Source: Gemmatimonadota bacterium
GTDB taxonomy: Bacteria > Gemmatimonadota > Gemmatimonadetes > Gemmatimonadales > GWC2-71-9
Length of the DNA stretch: 40,922 nucleotides
Assembly (NCBI GenBank): GCA_020350425.1
Contig: CP070716.1
Span: forward strand, 2,209,369-2,250,290
Direction: 5' to 3'
The notes beneath the pieces are model-generated. The model ran no database searches and was not told where the DNA came from. It saw only the letters and a list, made by a program, of their open reading frames with translations. Positions 34,336 to 40,922 of the stretch are shown here, in pieces (within the stretch, counting starts at the first letter, position 1; every line of letters starts with the position of its first letter). The translations under genes and the position numbers were made by a program.

Positions 34336-36990
34336 CTAGAGCTCCGTCAGGGCGAGCCGTTCCACGAGCACCGTGACGACCTCCCGCGGCCCGGCATCGA
34401 AGGTGATGCGATTGCCCCCCTCGGCGACCGTCAGCGCCCGCAGGGGTGTCTCGTCCAGCCTCGCGCACCGTGACTCTTCGACCGCGAACGGGAGCGTCCA
34501 GCCACCGCTCACACGCTCGCCGGTCAGGTTGACGCACCGCAGCACCAACCCCGTGCCGTCCTCGCTCGGCTTCACCGCCTTGAGGGCCAGTCCGTCCCCC
34601 GAGAGCGCCGGTCCCTCGACGAGTTCGGGGACGTCGGTCCCGTACGGCAGCATCAGACCGCCGAGCGGCGCGTGGAACTCCTCGGCGAGTCGCTCGAGCT
34701 CCTCCCACTCGGCGGGCACACTTGCCTCGTCCACGGCCACCGTGCTCACCGCCAGCTCCGCACGAAACCGACCGGGTTCCTGCGCCTGCGGCGTCGCCGT
34801 GGGCCAGCCGGCGTGCCCCGGTCGCGCCGCGAGCTCGCCCCGTGACAACTCGCCCACCGCTCTAAGCAGGGTCACGGCGACGCTCCCGTCACTGGTCAGC
34901 TCGAACTCGTAGAGCCCCCGCGCGAACACCGAGAGGGCACCGGGTACGCTGACGTAACGGTGCGCCGGCGCCGTATTGACCGGCCACTCGCGCTGGGAGG
35001 CCGAGGCCGCGTGCTCCACCGGGTGCCGCACGACGGGGCCGTACTGCGTGTCGGCGAGGTGCACCCCCCTCGGTTCGTTCTTTGGCAGCGGGAAATGCAG
35101 GCGCAACCGATGGTCCCCGGCCAGGTTGACGCCCTCGACGACGAAGCGCACGAGGCGCGACCCCGCGTCGAGCCGAGCGAACACCGTTCCCCGCGCGCGT
35201 CCCGGGACTTCGAAGTCCCGTGCGACGGCGGCCACCAACGGCCCACCCCACACCTCCCGCCCCCTGCTCCACCGTGCCGTGCGAGGCGCATCACCCTCCG
35301 TCGGCTGGAACGTGTAGGTGTCGCCGTCGTCGTGCTGGCTTACGACCGACGCAAGCTCAGGGAACCGGCGCCCGCTCCGCCGATCCCGCAACTCGAATCC
35401 TCCCCGCGGATCCGCCCCCACGTCCCCCCACTCGGCGGCCGCCCGGTGCCGCCCGCTCACCCACACCCGGTGGCGCTCGTCCTCCGGCCGGTGCCAGTCA
35501 CCCACCCGGTAGCTGCGCATGCCCAGCGCGGGCACATCGCGCGCCTCGAGGGCGACGCGAAACGCCGCTACCTCGTGCTGGATGGGATACTCCGAGGGGC
35601 TGTCGAGCCGGTGGTAGCCGCGGTACCAGCTGAGCGTCTGCAGCGGGACGGCGGTCCCGTCGGCGGCGATCAGCGCGGGCGGCGCGGGCCACTCGGGCGG
35701 GAGGTCCTCCTTCGGCGCGGGACGCCCGATGACCATCCGCTTCCGCGGCACGGTGAGCGTCGCCTCGACGACGCCGCTGCGAACGTGCGCCGAGGGATTC
35801 AGCACCGCGAGCGACGGCAACCAGGAGCCCTCGTCGCGCCGCGCCCGGCCGCGATCCTGCCCCAGCCGCTCGTGCACCGCATCCACCAGAACGGCCCGCG
35901 CCTGGGTGGTCACGCGCTCCGCGCGCGCCGCCGCCTCTCGCGCCACCGCGTCGTCGGTCGTTCCGCAAACCGTGTCGTGAAACGTGCTCTTCAGGTGCTC
36001 GCGCCACGCCGCTGCCAGCAGCGGGAGCCGATGGGCACCGCCCTCCACCCACGCCAGCGCCGCCTGCGGCTCCGCCCAGCGCAACAGCAGGCGCTCGCCC
36101 TCGGCGATCGCCTGCTTCAGCCGGGCCCGCGTCGACAGCGCTCCCTGCAGCAGCCACGAGTAGCGCGGAGAGAAGCGGAGCTCACCCCGCACCACGGGCG
36201 CCTCGACCCCCGCAGGCAGCGCCGCGAAGTAGTCGGCCGGCGAGCCGAGCGCGAAGTCGTACCCGGGCGCGAGGCCCCTGAGGCGGGCGGCGATCTGCCC
36301 GATGTCGGGTTGCAGGGCGTGGTGGTCGGCGCCGTTCATCGCGAGCAGTACCGGGACGGTCGCACGCCCCTCGAGCATCCCGCGCATTCCCTCCCAGCGT
36401 CGAGCCAGCGCCGTCGGATCCGCCGGGAGATTGGCCGCGACCTCGAACCCTGCCGGTGGGAAATGGTAGGTCAGCACCGAGCTCCCGTCGGGGCCGACCC
36501 AGCGGAAGAGGTCCTTGTCCTGGCCCGGCTCGCCCCCGTAGCCCCGCAGCACCATGGCGTGCTCGATGCCGAAGCCCGCGAGAATGGTCGGCAGCGCCGC
36601 GGGGTGACCGAACGCATCGGGGCTGTACCCCACGGGCATCCACCCGCCGTAGCGTCGCCCGTCCGCGCGGCCGGCGAGGAGGTTGCGCACGAGCGCCTCG
36701 TCCGAGACGAGCAGCTCGTCCGCGAGCACGTACCACGGGCCCACCACCAGTCGGCCCCCACGCACCAGCGCCTCGACGCGCGGGACCTGCTCCGGACGCA
36801 CCCGGAGGTAGTCCTCCAGCAGGATCGTCTGACCATCGAGGAGGAACCGCAGGGTGGCGTCCGACTGCAGTCGGGTGATCACGTCGTCCAGCAGGCTCAC
36901 CAGGCGCACGCGGAACCACGCCTCCGGCTCGTACCACTCGCGATCCCAGTGGGTGTGCGGGACGATGACGACTCGGCTGGCGTCGTCCAC
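34336..36990 (-). CDS. Glycoside hydrolase family 38 alpha-mannosidase (MngB-like)
   Basis: VPHTHWDREWY (Zn ligands), FLLDGQT, VGPWYVLADE, SPDAFGH (nucleophile Asp), NGADH and FHDTVCGT. No signal peptide. Confidence 0.92.
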   Translation of the reverse strand: MDDASRVVIVPHTHWDREWYEPEAWFRVRLVSLLDDVITRLQSDATLRFLLDGQTILLEDYLRVRPEQVPRVEALVRGGRLVVGPWYVLADELLVSDEALVRNLLAGRADGRRYGGWMPVGYSPDAFGHPAALPTILAGFGIEHAMVLRGYGGEPGQDKDLFRWVGPDGSSVLTYHFPPAGFEVAANLPADPTALARRWEGMRGMLEGRATVPVLLAMNGADHHALQPDIGQIAARLRGLAPGYDFALGSPADYFAALPAGVEAPVVRGELRFSPRYSWLLQGALSTRARLKQAIAEGERLLLRWAEPQAALAWVEGGAHRLPLLAAAWREHLKSTFHDTVCGTTDDAVAREAAARAERVTTQARAVLVDAVHERLGQDRGRARRDEGSWLPSLAVLNPSAHVRSGVVEATLTVPRKRMVIGRPAPKEDLPPEWPAPPALIAADGTAVPLQTLSWYRGYHRLDSPSEYPIQHEVAAFRVALEARDVPALGMRSYRVGDWHRPEDERHRVWVSGRHRAAAEWGDVGADPRGGFELRDRRSGRRFPELASVVSQHDDGDTYTFQPTEGDAPRTARWSRGREVWGGPLVAAVARDFEVPGRARGTVFARLDAGSRLVRFVVEGVNLAGDHRLRLHFPLPKNEPRGVHLADTQYGPVVRHPVEHAASASQREWPVNTAPAHRYVSVPGALSVFARGLYEFELTSDGSVAVTLLRAVGELSRGELAARPGHAGWPTATPQAQEPGRFRAELAVSTVAVDEASVPAEWEELERLAEEFHAPLGGLMLPYGTDVPELVEGPALSGDGLALKAVKPSEDGTGLVLRCVNLTGERVSGGWTLPFAVEESRCARLDETPLRALTVAEGGNRITFDAGPREVVTVLVERLALTEL

Positions 36991-36993
36991 GGC

Positions 36994-39069
36994 CTAGTTC
37001 AGCCCCAGCTCCGCCTTCGCCTCAGCCGGCAGGAGCGGTGGCAGCTTGGCGATCGGCACCGCGAACCCCATCCCCACCGCCTCGCGCAGGCCGGCCCGAT
37101 GCACCGCGACCACTTCACCGCTCGCATTGAAGATCGGGCTTCCGCTGGAGCCGCCCACCGTGAACCCGTCGAAGTTGACGACGTCGGCCGTCACCTTGCT
37201 GAAGATGCCCGCGCTCATCGAGGTGCGGACGGTGCGGGTCGCGTCGAGCGCATTGCCGAGGCCGGCCGGAAACCCGATGAGGGCCGCCGGCTCCCCCTGC
37301 CTGGCGTTCTGGCCGGTCCAGTCGACCTGCGGAACGTGCTGCCCGGTGAAGCCGCGCACCTTGAGCACCGCGAGGTCGGGGCCGGAGCTCTGCGCCGCGG
37401 CGACGAGATCGGCGCGCTGCATCAGCTTCTGGTCGGCCATGGTGACGTAGAGCGAGTCGGGCGCGCGCCCCTGCGGCACCGCGACGTGGCGGTTGGTCAC
37501 GAAGTACCCCGAGGCCGTGAGCGCAAAGCCCGAGCCATCGTAGATCTCGCCTCCCACGTACGCGGTCACCAGGCCAATCGCGCTCTGGTTGGCCTGCGCA
37601 ACGGCCGCCAGGTTGGAGCCGCGCATCGCGCGCATCTGCGAGCTGATCTGCGTGGACCGCTCCTCCGCATCCCGCACCGCCCGCCGCAGCGAATCGAGCA
37701 GGGCGCTCGACGTCCCGGCCGTGCTGGCCCGGTTCAACTCCGCCCGCACCCGCTCCAGCTCAGCCTGTGCCGCGCGGTTGACGGAGTCGCCCGCGGCGAG
37801 CTGCTCCGCCATCGAGGCCTCGGCGCGCCGGAGCGAGGCCTCCAATGAGCGGGTGTGCTCCTGCGCGTCCACCAGCGCTACGCGCAGGCTCTCGACCACC
37901 GCCGCCGGCGCCGACCCGACCCGCGCATCCTCCAGCTCCTGGCGCAGCCGGTCGTACTCGGCATCGGCGTCCGCCTGGATCGAGTCGCTCCGCGCCGCCA
38001 ACCGCTCCAGCGCGAGCCGCTGCTGCTCCTGGATCTCGCTCGTCGCCCGCTGCACCCGCCGCTCGCCGTACCAGTACATGCCACCGAGCGAACCGGCGAC
38101 GAGCACCACGAAGAACCACACGATCCACCGCGTGCGGCGCGCGCTCTTGCGGGAGGACTCGGCGAACAGGTCGCTGAAGAACTCCGTCGCACCCTTGCCG
38201 CCGAACGAGCGGCGGGCGCTCCCGACCTTGGCAGCGACCCGTTGCACCAGGGACTCGCGCCGCCGCTTCGCCTTCGGCGGCGGCGGCGGCGCCGCACCAC
38301 GCTGCCGACCCGCGGCTTGCGGGTCCGCCTCGCCAGGCCGCACGAGCTTGGCGACGACCAGCTCGATCCCCAGGGGACCGAGGCGGACTTGGGCGCCCGT
38401 GCGAAGTTCCTGCTCGCCGTGGACCCGTACGCCCCCGAGGAACGTGCCGTTGCGGCTCTGCGCATCGCGCAGCACCACCCTGCGGTCCGGCTTGAGGACG
38501 ATCTCGGCGTGCACCCGCGAGACGGAGGTGTCGTCGGACCCCACCGGCCGCAGCTCGCATTCCTTGCCGCGCCCAATGCGGATGCGGCCGCCCTGCGCCT
38601 CGAACTGCTCGCCGGTCCGCGCCTCCAGCAACACCACGTGCAGCTCGCTCGCGCCGGCAGCCGGCGGTGCGACCTCCTCCATGCTCTCGAGCGGCACGGT
38701 GGCCGCCGCGGGCTGCGCACCCAGCGGCCCCTCGGCCAACGTGTCCTCCGGCCGGTCCCGGCCCACCGCCTCCACTCGGTACTGCGGTCCCCTCGCGCCC
38801 AGGCGAATCACGCTGCCGGCCGCCACGGCGAGCGGGCTCCCCGGCTCCAGGCGTTCGTCCTCCAGGAAGGTCCCGTTGCGGCTCCCGGTGTCTTCCAGCC
38901 ACCACCGGCCATCGCGCTGGAAGAGCCGCGCGTGGCGGCCGGACACGACCTCGCTGCGAGCCCCCGTGACGGTGAGGTCGCAGTCGGGATTCCGGCCGAC
39001 GCGCACCTCCCCGGTGTGGAACTCGAGGGGCCGATCGGCCGCCAGATCACGCAAGCTGAGGTATGGCAT
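36994..39069 (-). CDS. Double-FHA, single-TM, coiled-coil, trypsin-like serine protease, 691 aa
   Basis: FHA1 GR...SGRH...SRNGT and FHA2 GR...SRVH...SRNGT, TM WIVWFFVVLVAGSLGGMYW, long coiled coil, and catalytic triad TNRHV / DLAVL / GGSSGSPI. Alternative TTG start at 39078. Confidence 0.88.
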   Translation of the reverse strand: MPYLSLRDLAADRPLEFHTGEVRVGRNPDCDLTVTGARSEVVSGRHARLFQRDGRWWLEDTGSRNGTFLEDERLEPGSPLAVAAGSVIRLGARGPQYRVEAVGRDRPEDTLAEGPLGAQPAAATVPLESMEEVAPPAAGASELHVVLLEARTGEQFEAQGGRIRIGRGKECELRPVGSDDTSVSRVHAEIVLKPDRRVVLRDAQSRNGTFLGGVRVHGEQELRTGAQVRLGPLGIELVVAKLVRPGEADPQAAGRQRGAAPPPPPKAKRRRESLVQRVAAKVGSARRSFGGKGATEFFSDLFAESSRKSARRTRWIVWFFVVLVAGSLGGMYWYGERRVQRATSEIQEQQRLALERLAARSDSIQADADAEYDRLRQELEDARVGSAPAAVVESLRVALVDAQEHTRSLEASLRRAEASMAEQLAAGDSVNRAAQAELERVRAELNRASTAGTSSALLDSLRRAVRDAEERSTQISSQMRAMRGSNLAAVAQANQSAIGLVTAYVGGEIYDGSGFALTASGYFVTNRHVAVPQGRAPDSLYVTMADQKLMQRADLVAAAQSSGPDLAVLKVRGFTGQHVPQVDWTGQNARQGEPAALIGFPAGLGNALDATRTVRTSMSAGIFSKVTADVVNFDGFTVGGSSGSPIFNASGEVVAVHRAGLREAVGMGFAVPIAKLPPLLPAEAKAELGLN

Positions 39070-39100
39070 GTGGCGCAAACTTACGGCCCACCCGGACCCG

Positions 39101-40078
39101 TCACCAGGCGAGCACGATGGATCCGAAGTTGCGGCTCTCCTCCAGGTACCGGTGCGCCGCTGCGGCCTCCCGCATCGGAAAGACTCGATCCACCAGGGGG
39201 CGGAGCGTACCTTCGGCGAACTGCGGGAGCACCAGCTCGGCGAAGCGCCGCGTGAGCACGGACTTCTCCTCCGACGAGCGGCTCCGCAGCACCGTGCCGA
39301 CGAGCAGCGCCCGCTTGCGCAGCAGCAGCCCGAGGTCGATCTCGGCGGTCCGCCCCCCGGTGAGGCCGATCACGATGATCCGGCCATGCTGCGCCAGGGC
39401 TTCCAGGTTCCCCTTGAGGTACGGACCACCGACCAGGTCGCAGATGACGTCGATCTGTCCGGCAAGCTCGGCACCATCGAAGCCGCCCCCGGTCTCGATG
39501 CCCCGAGCGAGCCCGAGCTCCCGGGCCGCACGCTCGAGCTTTGCCGCCGTGCGCGAGGTGCCGACGACCTCGGCCCCAGCGCCACGGGCGAGCTGGAGCA
39601 GGGCCAGGCCGACGCTGCTTCCCACGGCGTGGATGAGAACGCGGTCGTCGGCCTCGATCCCCACCTGCATGAGCGCGTCGTGCGCCGTTATGAAGGCCTC
39701 GGGTACGGCGGCCGCCTGCTCGAACGACCACGACTCGGGGATCGCGATCAGATGGCGGGCATCGACCGCCACATACTCGGCGTACGCGCCCCCACCCACG
39801 ATCCCCATGACCCGGTCGCCGGGGACCCACGCGGCCACCCGCTCCCCGACCGCCTCGACCACCCCGGCGTGCTCCAGCCCGGGGATGTCCCGGGGCACGC
39901 CATCGGGCGCGGGGTAGCGCCCGAGCCGCTGCAGCGCATCGGCCCGGTTCACCCCTGCTGCACGGACCCGTACCAGCACCTGGTGCGCCTCGAGGCGCGG
40001 GCGCTCCGCCTCCAGCGGCTCGAGCACCTCGGGTCCGCCCGGCCGTACGATGCGCACCGCCAGCATCGCTTCGCTCAT
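39101..40078 (-). CDS. NAD(P)H:quinone oxidoreductase, PIG3/zeta-crystallin (MDR) family
   Basis: AAGVNRAD...GRYP, PGLEHAG, GGGAYAEY, AAAVPEAFITA, LIHAVGSSVG and GTVLRSR. Confidence 0.92.
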   Translation of the reverse strand: MSEAMLAVRIVRPGGPEVLEPLEAERPRLEAHQVLVRVRAAGVNRADALQRLGRYPAPDGVPRDIPGLEHAGVVEAVGERVAAWVPGDRVMGIVGGGAYAEYVAVDARHLIAIPESWSFEQAAAVPEAFITAHDALMQVGIEADDRVLIHAVGSSVGLALLQLARGAGAEVVGTSRTAAKLERAARELGLARGIETGGGFDGAELAGQIDVICDLVGGPYLKGNLEALAQHGRIIVIGLTGGRTAEIDLGLLLRKRALLVGTVLRSRSSEEKSVLTRRFAELVLPQFAEGTLRPLVDRVFPMREAAAAHRYLEESRNFGSIVLAW

Positions 40079-40094
40079 CGGCTTCCCCCTTCAC

Positions 40095-40103
40095 TGTTAT
40101 CTT
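40095..40103 (+). promoter_or_regulatory. Candidate extended -10 promoter for the kinase-like gene (near-leaderless mRNA)
   Basis: TG-T-TATCTT ends 9 nt before the ATG at 40113, within a 34-bp divergent spacer. No clear Shine-Dalgarno. Confidence 0.4.
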
Positions 40104-40112
40104 TGGGGCGCC

Positions 40113-40922
40113 ATGACGTCGCCGGCAAGTCCAGCCCGCCCCCTGATCGATCCCTCGGTCGACCAGGTGGGCCTGTTCGAGTGTGCGCAGCGGAACTTCC
40201 TCGGCACGCTCGAGATCCTCCAGCTGGTCGCCGCGTCGCCCAGGCGGGCGCTGTTCGTGGCCCGCGACGTCATGCTGAAGCGGCGGGTCGTGTTGCGCGT
40301 GCATCTCCTGCCCGAGTCCACCTCGCGCGTCTGGTTCGAGCGCGAGACGGAGCTGCTGGCGGCGCTCGACCACCCGGTGCTGCGACCGGTGTACGCGGCC
40401 GGCTACCGCGCCGACTGGGCCTTCCGCATCGCCAAGTGGATCGAAGGGGAGAGCCTCATCGACGTGGTGGCCCGAGGGCCCCGGCCGATACCCTCCGTGC
40501 TCCAGCTCGCGCGCGATCTCGCGAGCGTGCTCGAATACGTGCACTCCCAGCGGATCGTGGTGCGCAAGCTCGCGCCGACGACGCTGATGGTCGAGAGCAC
40601 CGAGCGTACGTACGTGACCGACCTGCGCTTCGCCAACATCTGCCTGGATGTGGCGGGCCCGGACGACGACCAATTCGCCGAGCCCTTCCTCGCGCCGGAC
40701 GTGCGCCGCGGGAGTGCGGGTGAGCCCACGAGCGACATCTACTCCGCCGGCGCGCTGCTCTACTTCGCCGTGACCGGCGAGGCGCCGCCGCGCAACCCCG
40801 ACGAGATTCGGCCGCCGATCACGCTGCGCCCCACCTGCCCCAAGGCGCTCAACCGCGTGATCATGCGCGCCCTCCAGGCCGACCCCATGAAGCGGTACCT
40901 GACCGCCGCCGAGATGGCCGCG
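40113..40922 (+). CDS. Hanks-type Ser/Thr protein kinase-fold protein with degenerate catalytic motifs (pseudokinase), 3'-truncated by the window edge
   Basis: Not in the ORF track; translated by hand from ATG 40113 and open to the end. ARDVMLKRRVVLR, WFERETELLAALDHP, WIEGESL, LEYVHSQRIVVRKLAPTTL, VTDLRFA, FLAPD, SDIYSAGALLYFAVTGEAP and ALQADPMKRY. Confidence 0.85.
   Translation, partial: MTSPASPARPLIDPSVDQVGLFECAQRNFLGTLEILQLVAASPRRALFVARDVMLKRRVVLRVHLLPESTSRVWFERETELLAALDHPVLRPVYAAGYRADWAFRIAKWIEGESLIDVVARGPRPIPSVLQLARDLASVLEYVHSQRIVVRKLAPTTLMVESTERTYVTDLRFANICLDVAGPDDDQFAEPFLAPDVRRGSAGEPTSDIYSAGALLYFAVTGEAPPRNPDEIRPPITLRPTCPKALNRVIMRALQADPMKRYLTAAEMAA

Noticed and set aside
34960-37848. 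962-aa + strand ORF
   Set aside because: Antisense to the well-supported GH38 and protease genes, with no recognisable domain.
37589-40723. 1044-aa + strand ORF
   Set aside because: It is an antisense shadow of the FHA protease and qor genes and out of frame with the real kinase-fold gene. The sequence is Ser/Arg/Ala-rich with no motifs, as expected in high-GC DNA.

Overview
Very GC-rich, densely coding bacterial chromosomal segment with about 34 genes. The gene content is Gemmatimonadota-like, which is an inference only. I recognised no rRNA, tRNA, CRISPR array or mobile element. From left to right: (1) A translationally coupled + strand operon that looks like a complete bacterial sphingolipid pathway: serine palmitoyltransferase (5'-truncated), bCerS-type GNAT ceramide synthase, CerR-like extended SDR reductase, and an Aur1/IPC-synthase-like PAP2 membrane phosphotransferase. 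(2) A secreted PHM-like copper monooxygenase-fold protein, an NPP-family phosphodiesterase and a tandem CxxCxxCC-like Cys-rich protein. (3) A TonB-like gene coupled to an internally duplicated secreted unknown protein, divergent from a VIT-vWA / ECF sigma / zinc anti-sigma module. (4) An alternative complex III operon (actABCDEF) whose ActB keeps an N-terminal 4-Cys FS0 motif, followed by AhpD/CMD-like and XdhC genes. (5) A seven-gene coupled - strand operon (ABC solute-binding lipoprotein, GHMP sugar kinase, heparinase II/III-like lyase, TrmJ, class III aminotransferase, two amidohydrolases), set head-to-head with the ABC permeases across a shared CATG. (6) GH38 mannosidase, a 2xFHA-TM-trypsin protease, a quinone oxidoreductase, and a Hanks-type pseudokinase missed by the ORF track that runs off the right edge. 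All calls come from motif recognition by eye; no database searches were run.
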